Under the pieces are notes generated by a model. That model was given only the letters and a program-made list of their open reading frames with translations. It made no database searches and was not told the origin of the DNA. Positions 8,495 through 18,944 of a stretch of DNA of 64,000 bases are shown here, one piece after another. The position numbers and the translations under genes are program-made. The stretch's first letter is position 1, and each line of letters starts with the position of its first letter. Origin of the DNA: Spirochaetaceae bacterium (lineage in GTDB: Bacteria > Spirochaetota > Spirochaetia > DSM-2461); the NCBI GenBank assembly GCA_051531975.1, contig JAOPTT010000002.1:32001-96000 (forward strand), read 5' to 3'.

Positions 8495-9757
8495 TTATAA
8501 AGTCTCATCGGATTCAGGCAGAACCGATTTGATATCATAAACAACACAATTCTTATTTTTGTAATTTTCAAAGTTTATATCTATAAACTTATTATGTGCA
8601 ACAGCAAGAATTATTGAATCAAACTTATTAGAAGATTTTAGTTCTGATAACAGATCTAAATTAAATGCTTTTTTTACATCATTGGCACTAGCCCAAGGAT
8701 CATAAACTGAAACATTACAACCAAACTCTTTTAGCTCTTTTATTATATCAATTACCTTTGTATTTCGAATATCAGGACAATTTTCTTTAAATGTAATCCC
8801 AAGAACTAATACTTTGGAATCCTTAATTGTATGTCCTTTTTTTATCATTAATTTAATGACCTGGTTCCCCACATAGAAACCCATCTGATCGTTAACTCTA
8901 CGACCTGCTAATATAATTTGTGGGTGATACCCTACTTCTTCAGCTTTATGGGTTAAGTAGTATGGATCGACACCTATACAGTGACCACCAACTAAACCAG
9001 GTTTAAAAGGAAGGAAGTTCCACTTTGTACCAGCTGCTTCTAAAACATCTTTGGTATCTATGTTCATTTTATTAAAAATCAGAGATAGTTCATTTACAAA
9101 TGCAATGTTTATATCTCTTTGGGAGTTTTCAATTACTTTTGCTGCTTCTGCAACTTTAATTGAGGGCGCAAGATGAGTTCCTGCAACAATAATACTCTTA
9201 TATAGATCATCTACAACTTTTCCAATTTCCTTGGTAGAACCACTGGTTACTTTTTTTATCTTTGTAACAGTATGTTCTTTATCTCCTGGATTTATTCGTT
9301 CAGGGCTATAACCACAGAAAAAATCTGTATTGAATTTTAATCCAGAATAAGCCTCTAAAACAGGAACACAATCCTCTTCGGTGGCACCTGGATATACTGT
9401 ACTTTCATAGATAACAATATCATCTTTTTTTAAAATCTTTCCAATTGTCTCACTAGCTTTAATTAGTGGCGTTAAATCGGGTTTTCTATTTTTATCTATA
9501 GGAGTTGGAACAGTTACTATAAATATTTGGCAATCTGCAATATCGCTGGTATCACAAGAAAATATCATACCATTGTTTAAAGCTTCCGATACTTGTTCAC
9601 TAGATAGTTCAAGGGTTTTATCAAGACTAGAATTAAGTTCTTTAATTCTAGTTTCAGAAATATCAAAACCAACTACTGAATATTCTGAAGAAAATGCGTG
9701 AGCTAAGGGCAATCCAACATATCCTAAACCTATTATACAAATTTTACTTTTTTTCAT
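8495..9757 (-). CDS. UDP-N-acetylhexosamine 6-dehydrogenase (TviB/WbpO-like)
   Basis: GLGYVGLP, ESTVYPGATE, SPERINPGD, GGHCIGVDPYY, TFKENCPDIRN. Confidence 0.9.
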   Translation of the reverse strand: MKKSKICIIGLGYVGLPLAHAFSSEYSVVGFDISETRIKELNSSLDKTLELSSEQVSEALNNGMIFSCDTSDIADCQIFIVTVPTPIDKNRKPDLTPLIKASETIGKILKKDDIVIYESTVYPGATEEDCVPVLEAYSGLKFNTDFFCGYSPERINPGDKEHTVTKIKKVTSGSTKEIGKVVDDLYKSIIVAGTHLAPSIKVAEAAKVIENSQRDINIAFVNELSLIFNKMNIDTKDVLEAAGTKWNFLPFKPGLVGGHCIGVDPYYLTHKAEEVGYHPQIILAGRRVNDQMGFYVGNQVIKLMIKKGHTIKDSKVLVLGITFKENCPDIRNTKVIDIIKELKEFGCNVSVYDPWASANDVKKAFNLDLLSELKSSNKFDSIILAVAHNKFIDINFENYKNKNCVVYDIKSVLPESDETL

Positions 9758-9786
9758 TTTAATCCACCTAACTATAATTTATTTAT

Positions 9787-10845
9787 TTATTTATTTATTT
9801 TAAAAAAATCTAAATACCAGTCTACAAAATTATTAACACCAACTTTAATAGATGTAGAAGGTTTATAACCTAAATCATCAACTAAATCTGTTACATCAGC
9901 ATATGTTGCTGGAACATCCCCAGCTTGCAATGGCATAAAATTCTTTTTAATTGGTATTTCTAATTTCTCTTCTATGGCATCAATAAAATCTAATAACTTT
10001 ACAGGGTTATTATTTCCAATATTATATATTTTATATGGAGCAGATGATGTGGAACTTTTTCTATTATCTCCAGTCCATTTTTCGTCTTTTTTAGCAGGAT
10101 TTTTAATAACTCGAAGAATACCTTCTACAATATCATCTATATATGTAAAGTCTCTTAGCATGTTTCCATTATTAAAAACATCTATAGTTTTACCTTCTAA
10201 TGCTGCCTTTACAAACAGAAACAGAGCCATATCAGGTCTACCCCATGGTCCATAAACTGTAAAAAATCTTAGCCCTGTAGTTGATATTCCAAAAAGATGG
10301 GAGTATGTATGAGCCATAAGTTCATTTGATTTTTTTGATGCCGCATACAGAGATATTGGATGATCAACACTTTCATCGGTACTAAATGGTAGACCTTCAT
10401 TAAGTCCATAAACAGAAGATGATGAAGCATAAGATAGGTTTTTAACATCAAAATTTCTACATGATTCTAATATATTTAAAAAACCTGTTATATTTGAATC
10501 TATATATGCTTCTGGATTAGTTAAAGAGTATCTTACACCAGCTTGAGCAGCTAAATTACATACAGCATCAAATTTTTCTTCTCTGAACAGAGTCTCTAAA
10601 TTAACTTTATCTTCTAATTTTAATTTTATAAATCTGTAATTTTTATCAGTTTTAGATTCAATTATTTTATTGTAATCTATGGATTTTGAATCTATACCTG
10701 CTCGATCCAGACGACCATATTTAACATTTATATCGTAATAGTCATTAATACAATCTAAACCAACAATATTAAAATCTTCTGCTAATAACTTTTTAACTAA
10801 ATGACTACCAATAAAACCAGCAGTTCCAGTAACTAATATCTTCAT
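9787..10845 (-). CDS. UDP-glucuronate 4-epimerase (NAD-dependent epimerase)
   Basis: GTAGFIG, NLAAQAGVRYS, YAASKKSNE, RFFTVYGPWGRPDMA. Confidence 0.9.
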   Translation of the reverse strand: MKILVTGTAGFIGSHLVKKLLAEDFNIVGLDCINDYYDINVKYGRLDRAGIDSKSIDYNKIIESKTDKNYRFIKLKLEDKVNLETLFREEKFDAVCNLAAQAGVRYSLTNPEAYIDSNITGFLNILESCRNFDVKNLSYASSSSVYGLNEGLPFSTDESVDHPISLYAASKKSNELMAHTYSHLFGISTTGLRFFTVYGPWGRPDMALFLFVKAALEGKTIDVFNNGNMLRDFTYIDDIVEGILRVIKNPAKKDEKWTGDNRKSSTSSAPYKIYNIGNNNPVKLLDFIDAIEEKLEIPIKKNFMPLQAGDVPATYADVTDLVDDLGYKPSTSIKVGVNNFVDWYLDFFKINK

Positions 10846-10866
10846 ATTTTATATCCTTTTGTGAAA

Positions 10867-12078
10867 TTATCTATTTCCATACATCTCTTGATAATATTTC
10901 TGATAATCACCACTAGCAACTTCAGATACCCACCACTGGTTATCTAAATACCACTGTATTGTTTTTTTTATACCAACAGTAAAGGGAGTTTCAGGATAAA
11001 AACCTAACTCTTTTACTGTTTTAGTAGGATCAATTGCATACCGTGCGTCGTGACCAAGTCTATCTTGTACATATGTAATTAAGTTATATGAACAATCGGC
11101 ATAGCTCACTGTTACAAAGTCTGAATATTCAGGTTTAACAACTCCATCGATAAAAACTAGCTCTCTAACAATATCAATTGTCTGTTTTACAATATTGATA
11201 TTTAACTCTTCGTTAAATCCACCAATATTATATGCTTCTGTTAACTTTCCTTTTCTAATTACCATATCGATACCTTTACAGTGATCGTCTACATATAACC
11301 AGTCCCGAACTTGTTTACCATCTCCATAAACAGGTAGTTTTTTACCAGATAGTATGTTTTTAATAATAAGTGGAATTAGTTTTTCAGGAAAATGAAAAGG
11401 ACCATAGTTATTACTACATCTAGTTACATTAACTGGAAAATGATATGTGGCAGCATATGCCCGAACTAACATGTCAGCTGCAGTTTTAGATGTGGCATAA
11501 GGTGATCTTGGTTTCAGCGATGTCTCTTCTGTAAAAAACTCAGTTCCAAATGCTTTTGGCATTACGTATCTATCTTTTAAAACTGATTTTAAGGCATCGT
11601 TTGTAGCTTCTAAAGTTATTCCATCTGGTATATCTTTTTCTAGATCTCCATATACTTCATCAGTAGATACCTGTAAAAACTTCTTACCAGAGATAAAAGT
11701 AGGATACCCTTGTTCATCTTTGCCATTGCTCCAGTGATCTTTTGCAACGTCCATTAAGGTTTGAGTACCAATTATATTAGTTTTTAAAAAGATACCTGGG
11801 TCTTCAATTGATCTATCAACATGGGATTCTGCAGCAAAGTTTACAACAGTATCAATATCATGGCTCATAAAAATATTTTCAACTAATTCACTGTTACAAA
11901 TATCACCTTTATAAAAAGAGACACGACTATCAGCTATATCTTCTTTAATAGTTCCTAAATTACCTGCATATGTTAATTTATCTAATATAATTACTTTACA
12001 ATCTGAGTGTTTGTTAAGTATGTATTTTACAAAGTTTGCTCCGATAAAACCTGCTCCACCTGTTACTAAATATTTCAT
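10867..12078 (-). CDS. rfbB: dTDP-glucose 4,6-dehydratase
   Basis: GGAGFIG, AAESHVDRS, VSTDEVYG, RCSNNYGP, RDWLYV. Confidence 0.95.
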   Translation of the reverse strand: MKYLVTGGAGFIGANFVKYILNKHSDCKVIILDKLTYAGNLGTIKEDIADSRVSFYKGDICNSELVENIFMSHDIDTVVNFAAESHVDRSIEDPGIFLKTNIIGTQTLMDVAKDHWSNGKDEQGYPTFISGKKFLQVSTDEVYGDLEKDIPDGITLEATNDALKSVLKDRYVMPKAFGTEFFTEETSLKPRSPYATSKTAADMLVRAYAATYHFPVNVTRCSNNYGPFHFPEKLIPLIIKNILSGKKLPVYGDGKQVRDWLYVDDHCKGIDMVIRKGKLTEAYNIGGFNEELNINIVKQTIDIVRELVFIDGVVKPEYSDFVTVSYADCSYNLITYVQDRLGHDARYAIDPTKTVKELGFYPETPFTVGIKKTIQWYLDNQWWVSEVASGDYQKYYQEMYGNR

Positions 12079-12080
12079 GA

Positions 12081-12923
12081 CTAACCCCTATATTCTTTTA
12101 AAAATCTATCAATACCACTCTGCCAACTAGGAATTTTTTTACCTATAACAGATTCTAACTTACTACTATCTAATTTTGTATATTCTGATCTTTTAGCTGG
12201 CAATTTGAAGTCGACCGTTTTTGCAGTTCCTAACTCACCTTTCCATCCAATAGAGTCTAAAACATACTTAGCCTGATCAAACTTACTACACTCTCCACCG
12301 TTACTTAGATGATATAACCCAAAAGCATCAGTTTTAATAAGTTCCCATGAATATTCTGCCAAATCCCATGAATATGTAGCAGAGGACTTCTGATCATCTA
12401 CTATATTTAATTTATCTCTGTTCTCTGACCAACCAATAACCTGTTTATTAAAGTTATTATTTCCCATTCCAAATACCCAGGAAGTTCTAATTACAAAACT
12501 TTTATTATAGGAATCAAGAACACCTTGCTCACCCTGATATTTACTATCAGCATATACAGATATTGGGTTAGGAATATCAGACTCAACATAAGCCAGCCCC
12601 TTTGTCCCATCAAATACAAAGTCTGTTGAATAAGTAATATAAACAGCACTGATCTCTGATGCAATATTGGCCAATAAAACTGGAGCATCCCTATTTAATA
12701 AAAATGCCTTATCTGGTTCACTTTCAGCCTTATCAACATCATTATATGCAGCACAATTTATAATATATTTAATATTTTTACCAGTAACAAATTCCCTAAC
12801 AGCATCAATATAAGTAATATCAAGGTCCATATAGTCAGTAGCTATATAATCTAAATCTAAACCACTAAATAGTTTCTGAAAATCCTGCCCTAGTTGACCA
12901 TTTGCTCCAGTTAATAGAATCAC
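12081..12923 (-). CDS. rfbD: dTDP-4-dehydrorhamnose reductase
   Basis: GANGQLG, NCAAYNDVDKAE, STDFVFDG, YxxxK. Confidence 0.95.
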   Translation of the reverse strand: MILLTGANGQLGQDFQKLFSGLDLDYIATDYMDLDITYIDAVREFVTGKNIKYIINCAAYNDVDKAESEPDKAFLLNRDAPVLLANIASEISAVYITYSTDFVFDGTKGLAYVESDIPNPISVYADSKYQGEQGVLDSYNKSFVIRTSWVFGMGNNNFNKQVIGWSENRDKLNIVDDQKSSATYSWDLAEYSWELIKTDAFGLYHLSNGGECSKFDQAKYVLDSIGWKGELGTAKTVDFKLPAKRSEYTKLDSSKLESVIGKKIPSWQSGIDRFLKEYRG

Positions 12924-13486
12924 TTTTTTGCACCTATAGAAGCATCTTTAAAGTCTTTAAAACTCTTTAAAACTAGGTCTTTATCAGAAAAAGAGAGATC
13001 ATCTACTAAAGGCCACTTTATATTAATATCAACATCATTCCAAATAATTCCAGAATCATGAATTGGATCATACTCTGCAGTGCATTTATATAAAAAGTGA
13101 GTATTGTCTTTTAAAGTAACAAAACCATGTCCAAAACCAGCAGGCACATAAAGCATAGTATTGTTCTCTTCTGTTAGCTCAATACCATACCACTGTCCAA
13201 AAGTAGAAGAGTTTGGTCTTAGATCTACAACAACATCCCAAACAGCTCCTTTAATAACTCGTACAAGTTTACCTTGAGCAGAATTCCCTGTCTGAAAATG
13301 AATACCTCTTAGAACCCCTCGAGAAGAGAAAGAGTGATTATATTGCACAAATTCGTCATTTATTCCAACAGCGATAAAGTCACTTTTTTTATAAGTTTCC
13401 ATAAAAAAACCTCGCCCATCAGCAAAAACTCTAGGCTCAATTATTAATAAATCTTTAATGGATGTTTCTACAAAATTAAAAGGCAA
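12920..13486 (-). CDS. rfbC: dTDP-4-dehydrorhamnose 3,5-epimerase
   Basis: [29 protein letters not shown]. Confidence 0.95.
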   Translation of the reverse strand: MPFNFVETSIKDLLIIEPRVFADGRGFFMETYKKSDFIAVGINDEFVQYNHSFSSRGVLRGIHFQTGNSAQGKLVRVIKGAVWDVVVDLRPNSSTFGQWYGIELTEENNTMLYVPAGFGHGFVTLKDNTHFLYKCTAEYDPIHDSGIIWNDVDINIKWPLVDDLSFSDKDLVLKSFKDFKDASIGAKK

Positions 13487-14357
13487 AATGAGACTCCTTG
13501 GCTATTAGATTCAGATATTTACCATAATTATTTTTTTTATACTTATCTGCAAGAACCAACAGTTGATCTTTATCTATAAATCCCATTCTATAAGCTATTT
13601 CTTCTATACAAGCTATTTTTAATCCCTGCCTATCTTCTATTAATTTAACATAGTTAGAAGCTTCTAATAGAGAGTCATGGGTTCCAGTATCAAGCCAAGC
13701 GTGACCTCGACCCATTATAGAAACACTAAGATCACCTCGTTTTAAATACTCCTGATTAACAGTAGTAATCTCAATTTCACCACGTTTTGAAGGTTTTACA
13801 TTTTTTGCGATTTCAATAACACTATTATCATAAAAATATAGACCAACAACAGCATAATTTGATTTTGGATTAGTAGGTTTCTCTTCTAAAGAGATAGCTT
13901 TACCAGCTTTATCGAACTCAACAACACCATATCGTTCTGGATCCTGAACATAGTAACCAAAAACCTCAGCACCACTTTTTAATTTAGCAGCATTTTGTAA
14001 CATAACGGAGAGTTCATGACCATAAAATATATTATCGCCTAGAACTAGACATACATTATCTGATCCAATAAATTCAGCACCTATAATAAATGCTTCTGCT
14101 AATCCATTTGGTGCATCTTGTATCTCGTAAGAGAACTTCATTCCTAAAGCACTACCATCTCCTAATAGAGACTCAAACCTAGAGGTATCCTCTGGTGTTG
14201 ATATTATTAAAACTTCTTTTATCCCTGCTAACATTAAAGTTGATAATGGGTAGTAGATCATAGGTTTATCGTAAACTGGTAATAACTGCTTACACACTGT
14301 CTCTGTCGCGGGATAGAGTCTAGTTCCACTACCACCTGCTAATATAATTCCTTTCAT
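13476..14357 (-). CDS. rfbA: Glucose-1-phosphate thymidylyltransferase
   Basis: [43 protein letters not shown]; start set at ATG 14357. Confidence 0.96.
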   Translation of the reverse strand: MKGIILAGGSGTRLYPATETVCKQLLPVYDKPMIYYPLSTLMLAGIKEVLIISTPEDTSRFESLLGDGSALGMKFSYEIQDAPNGLAEAFIIGAEFIGSDNVCLVLGDNIFYGHELSVMLQNAAKLKSGAEVFGYYVQDPERYGVVEFDKAGKAISLEEKPTNPKSNYAVVGLYFYDNSVIEIAKNVKPSKRGEIEITTVNQEYLKRGDLSVSIMGRGHAWLDTGTHDSLLEASNYVKLIEDRQGLKIACIEEIAYRMGFIDKDQLLVLADKYKKNNYGKYLNLIAKESHFAF

Positions 14358-15136
14358 TTTATCCCCTTTATAAACCAAGTTATGATTGTATCCATTCTTC
14401 TTTTAAAAGATCCTGGTATATTTACTTTATATCCCAGTACTTTTTTAATCTCAGGTTCTTCTTTTATCTCTGCTAATGCATAAAATATTAGTTTATCGTC
14501 ATAATTATATATAATAAAATTTGCTCTCTGCCCCTCTTCTTCTATTGCTTTAAAAAGAGATAAAACTGTCATATTGGTTAAGTTTTGCATCTGCAACCAG
14601 ATAGTATCAGAAGTTGTCTTTGTCACTAACTTGTACTTATTAGACCCAAATGTACTATCTTTTTGGTAATAATACATAACTTCTTTCAATGGTAATGATG
14701 TAGCTATTGGATCAGGTAGTTTTTTCTTTAAGTTTTCACCTAAATAATAAGATTTTTTAATAAGTGGATACATTTTTTTTCTGTTAGATGAATAATACTC
14801 TAAACCTTCTTGTTTTGAGAATGCCCGAATATTATTTAATAATGTAACCATCAGATCACTTTCTGGGATATTAGGTTTATCAAAAACAAATAACATCTCT
14901 ACACATAGTTCTGGATCATATTGCTTAATAGTATTGATAATATCATCGGTTAATTCCATCCCTACCGGTAGTAGCTCAAATCCATTTTTATAATCAACTC
15001 TTAATCTATCAGTATATTTCCCTTCTTCTAATCGCCTAATGTCAGTATCAGTTAAACCTGGAATAACAGTTTTCCAACTATCTGCAGCTAAATTGAGTGT
15101 AATAAAAGTTAAAGTTATTAAAATAATCTTATTCAT
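14354..15136 (-). CDS. Secreted spirochaete protein, DUF6675-like
   Basis: Signal peptide; [13 protein letters not shown] and QKDSTFG motifs; paralog of 16339-17133. Confidence 0.6.
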   Translation of the reverse strand: MNKIILITLTFITLNLAADSWKTVIPGLTDTDIRRLEEGKYTDRLRVDYKNGFELLPVGMELTDDIINTIKQYDPELCVEMLFVFDKPNIPESDLMVTLLNNIRAFSKQEGLEYYSSNRKKMYPLIKKSYYLGENLKKKLPDPIATSLPLKEVMYYYQKDSTFGSNKYKLVTKTTSDTIWLQMQNLTNMTVLSLFKAIEEEGQRANFIIYNYDDKLIFYALAEIKEEPEIKKVLGYKVNIPGSFKRRMDTIITWFIKGIK

Positions 15137-15138
15137 AA

Positions 15139-16302
15139 TTAATCCCTTTTATACAGGTCTCTAGTATAAACTTTATCCTCTACATCAGCTAAATCTGAAC
15201 ATAGTCTATTTGTAACAATGACATCGGAAATATTTTTAAAATCGGATAAAGATTTTATTACTTTAGAATGGTAAAATTCATCATCATCAAAAGTGGGCTC
15301 AAATATAACTACAACGATACCTTTTGCTTTAATTCTCTTCATTATACCCTGAATTGCAGAAGCTCTAAAGTTATCGGAATCCATCTTCATGGTAAGTCTG
15401 TATATTCCAACAACAGATGGGTTTTTACTTATTATCATATCTGCAATGTGGTCTTTTCTGGTTGTATTTGCATCAACAATTGCACTTATAATATTATTAG
15501 GTACATTGTTGTAATTAGCCCGTAGTTGTTTGGTATCTTTTGGTAGACAATAACCTCCATAACCAAAGGAAGGGTTATTATAATGGTCACCTATTCTTGG
15601 ATCTAGACAAACACCTTCTATAATCTGCTTACTATTTAAACCTCTATGCTCAGCATAGGTATCTAACTCGTTAAAATATGATACTCGAAGGGCTAAATAT
15701 GTATTAGAAAAAAGTTTAACAGCCTCTGCTTCAGTACTATCTACAAATAGAGTATCTATATTCTCTTTAATAGCACCTCCTGCTAATAGTCCAGCAAATA
15801 CTTTAGCACGTTCTGAAATCTCACCTACAATAATTCTAGATGGGTGTAAGTTATCGTATAAAGCACTACCTTCTCTAAGAAATTCGGGGCTAAAAATTAT
15901 ATTATTTGTATTAAACCTAGCATTTACAGATTTGGTATAACCAACAGGAACAGTAGATTTAATAACCATAGTTGCTGTAGGATTTATAGCTAATACATCT
16001 TCTATTACACTTTCGACAGTAGAAGTATTAAAATAGTTTTTCTCTTCATCATAATCAGTAGGAGTCGCAATAATAATATATTCTGCATCAGCATACTCAG
16101 CTTTATTTAAACTTGCTTTTAAATTAAGGTTACCACTTGCTAAATATTCAGAGATTTCTTTATCCACAATTGGAGATTTCCCACTATTAATTAATTCAAC
16201 TTTAATTGCATCTATATCTACTGCTACAACTTCATTATTTTGTGCTAATAAAACAGCGTTTGATAATCCTACATATCCTGTTCCAGCTATACAAATTTTC
16301 AT
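15139..16302 (-). CDS. ugd: UDP-glucose 6-dehydrogenase
   Basis: [39 protein letters not shown]. Confidence 0.95.
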   Translation of the reverse strand: MKICIAGTGYVGLSNAVLLAQNNEVVAVDIDAIKVELINSGKSPIVDKEISEYLASGNLNLKASLNKAEYADAEYIIIATPTDYDEEKNYFNTSTVESVIEDVLAINPTATMVIKSTVPVGYTKSVNARFNTNNIIFSPEFLREGSALYDNLHPSRIIVGEISERAKVFAGLLAGGAIKENIDTLFVDSTEAEAVKLFSNTYLALRVSYFNELDTYAEHRGLNSKQIIEGVCLDPRIGDHYNNPSFGYGGYCLPKDTKQLRANYNNVPNNIISAIVDANTTRKDHIADMIISKNPSVVGIYRLTMKMDSDNFRASAIQGIMKRIKAKGIVVVIFEPTFDDDEFYHSKVIKSLSDFKNISDVIVTNRLCSDLADVEDKVYTRDLYKRD

Positions 16303-16338
16303 CTTATTATCTCCTGTACCACTTAATGTTCTTTTATG

Positions 16339-17133
16339 TTATTTTACTCTTCTAATATACCATTTTGCAATAGAATCCATTCTTCTCTGAAAAGAGTATG
16401 GAATATTTACCTTGTATCCTAATATACTCTTAATTTTAGGTTCATCTTTAATCTGTGCAATAGCATAAAACAGTACTTTATCACCTATTGGGTGAACTAT
16501 AAAGTTAACTCTTTGTCCTCCAGCATCTAAAGCTTTAAAAAATGTATAAACTTTTAACTTTCCTAAATTTTCCATCTGTAACCATATTGTTTTTGAAGTT
16601 GTATTAGTTGTTAACTTATACTTATTAGCTCCAAAGGTAGTATCTTTTTGATAATAAAAATCTTCCTGTACTGGAATAATTGAGTTATTTACTGGATCAG
16701 ATATAGTTTCTTTACTATTAGGATCAGATATAAAAAAAGAATCCTCAACTAAAAGTGACATAGCCTGCTTTCTATTAGAAAAATATTCTATACCAACTTG
16801 TTCTGAAAATGCTCTTAAATTATTAAGTAGATACAACATATAATCATCTGATGATGAAAAAGTCTTAGTAGGCTTATCTAATAGATATAACATCTCGACA
16901 CATAGTTCAGGATCATAATTTTTAATGTCTGCTAAAAAATCGGCAGAAATATCTATCCCAATAGGTAATAAACTTAAACCTTTAGAATAGTCAATCCCAG
17001 ATTTTACAACAAACTCACCACTTTCTAAAGTAGAAACATCGGAGACACTTGCTCCTGGAACCAAACTTTGCCAATCAGTTGCACCAATATTTATACATAA
17101 TAATAAACTAATAACTGTTAATAAAAATTTCAT
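16339..17133 (-). CDS. Secreted spirochaete protein, DUF6675-like
   Basis: Signal peptide; shares [24 protein letters not shown] and [14 protein letters not shown] with 14354-15136. Confidence 0.6.
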   Translation of the reverse strand: MKFLLTVISLLLCINIGATDWQSLVPGASVSDVSTLESGEFVVKSGIDYSKGLSLLPIGIDISADFLADIKNYDPELCVEMLYLLDKPTKTFSSSDDYMLYLLNNLRAFSEQVGIEYFSNRKQAMSLLVEDSFFISDPNSKETISDPVNNSIIPVQEDFYYQKDTTFGANKYKLTTNTTSKTIWLQMENLGKLKVYTFFKALDAGGQRVNFIVHPIGDKVLFYAIAQIKDEPKIKSILGYKVNIPYSFQRRMDSIAKWYIRRVK

Positions 17134-17247
17134 CCTTTCTCCTGGAATAAGAACAACGTCCTCAATATTTTTTATAAATTAGGTTTTATTTATTTTGAAA
17201 TTCAACGACCCCAATCATCATTAAGGCTCCTATGTCCACTGGATATA

Positions 17248-18585
17248 TTAGTCCTCACCAAAATAAGTACCTATTTGTGTTTCTATTATAATTAATGGAA
17301 CTTGACCTATATTTTCTAATCGATGTTTAGAACCTGTAGGAATATAGACAGCTTCATTTCTGCTTAAATTCAGAATTTCATCATCTAATATAACCCGAGC
17401 AAGACCTTCAACAACAGTCCAGTGTTCTTGTCTTTTTTGATGATATTGTAAACTTAATTTTTTACCTGGTTTTACTTCTAATCTTTTTACTTTATAGGTA
17501 GGTTCATCTTGTAATACAGAATAATTACCCCAAGGTCTAATAACTCTAACTGGTGTATGTAACAAAGATGAATTATCTTTCTGCAAATTAGCAACAACCT
17601 CTTTTACTTTTTGGCTACTACCTCGTTTAGTGACCAAAAGAGCATCTTCTGAATCTATTATGATTAAATCTGAGACATCGACAATTGCCACCTTCCTTTT
17701 ATCTGACATTACAAGGTTGTGTGTACTATTAATTATTATAGGATCTTCTGCACCTAATATAGCGTTCTCTTTTGATGGATTATACATTTCATCATATAAA
17801 GAATCAAATGATCCCAAATCTGACCAACCTATATCAGATGGTATTACTTTAACTCTGTCTGACTTCTCCATTACTGCATAATCTATACTAATAGATGGTA
17901 TATTCATCATTAATTCATAACTTGGTTCTATTAAAGAACCATTACAAGAGTTATATACAGCTAGACATGTATCATAAACATTCGGACTATATTTCTTTAA
18001 TTCCTCTAGAAAAACACCTGCTTTAAAACAGAAAATTCCACTATTCCAATAATAATTACCTTTAGCTACATATTCCTCAGCTATAGACAAGATAGGTTTC
18101 TCTTTAAAGCTTACAACGTCCTCATTTGATGCTTCGATATAACCAAAACCAGTCTCTGGAAATGTTGGCTTAATCCCAAATGTTACTAAATTATTATTTG
18201 AAGCTAACTCTTCAGCTCTTAATAGGACTTTTTCATACTCTTTTTTATTAGAAATAAGATGATCCGATGGAGATACTAAAAGTACATCATCAAAGTCTAG
18301 TCCCATACATACAAGGGCTATTGCAGGGGCAGTATTACGACCACAGGGCTCTATAACTCCACCGGAATCAGACAGATCATGAGCCAGTAACTGGTCGGAA
18401 GCTAACATATACTGGTCTTTGTTTGTCGCTAATAAAACATCAGTGCATACTGACTTGTTTCTAAGTACAGTATCTTCAAAAAGAGACTTCCCATTTATTA
18501 GAGGATAAAACTGTTTTGGCATAAGTGTTCTACTTAGAGGCCATAACCTACTTCCTACACCACCACAAAGTATTAAGTTTTTCAT
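17248..18585 (-). CDS. manC: Mannose-1-phosphate guanylyltransferase / mannose-6-phosphate isomerase (C-terminus slightly truncated)
   Basis: GGVGSRLWPLSR..PKQF, EPCGRNTAPA, SIDYAVME, RPWG, LSLQYH...EHW cupin; ends abruptly at YFGED. Confidence 0.93.
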   Translation of the reverse strand: MKNLILCGGVGSRLWPLSRTLMPKQFYPLINGKSLFEDTVLRNKSVCTDVLLATNKDQYMLASDQLLAHDLSDSGGVIEPCGRNTAPAIALVCMGLDFDDVLLVSPSDHLISNKKEYEKVLLRAEELASNNNLVTFGIKPTFPETGFGYIEASNEDVVSFKEKPILSIAEEYVAKGNYYWNSGIFCFKAGVFLEELKKYSPNVYDTCLAVYNSCNGSLIEPSYELMMNIPSISIDYAVMEKSDRVKVIPSDIGWSDLGSFDSLYDEMYNPSKENAILGAEDPIIINSTHNLVMSDKRKVAIVDVSDLIIIDSEDALLVTKRGSSQKVKEVVANLQKDNSSLLHTPVRVIRPWGNYSVLQDEPTYKVKRLEVKPGKKLSLQYHQKRQEHWTVVEGLARVILDDEILNLSRNEAVYIPTGSKHRLENIGQVPLIIIETQIGTYFGED

Positions 18586-18638
18586 GGTTTAAAGATATAA
18601 TATCTGTATAAAACAGTCTATAGGTGTATAATAAATCT

Positions 18639-18854
18639 ATGAACAGTATAGGGGTTTGTAGAGGAATAGCTTGCCAAGCAAAAGGTGCAGGAGAAATATA
18701 CCAATATTTGATAGAAACTTTAGGTGAAAACTCAAAGCAGATTATTCCAGTAAGATGTTTAGGAGATTGTGGAAATGCTCCTATAGTAATATATAACTGT
18801 AAAACATTGATAAAACAAACTTTAGAGGATGTAAAATCCCTGTCATTAAAATAA
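18639..18854 (+). CDS. Thioredoxin-like (2Fe-2S) ferredoxin
   Basis: C-x4-C (CRGIAC) and C-x3-C (CLGDC..AP) as in NuoE-type ferredoxins. ATG 18639 lies 6 nt after a perfect TATAAT. Confidence 0.8.
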   Translation: MNSIGVCRGIACQAKGAGEIYQYLIETLGENSKQIIPVRCLGDCGNAPIVIYNCKTLIKQTLEDVKSLSLK

Positions 18855-18944
18855 TTAAGTCTTGCAACATAGCAATTATAAACATAAAATAATATAGACT
18901 AATAATATATTAAGAAAAATTAAGTAACTAAAAAAAGGATTTCC

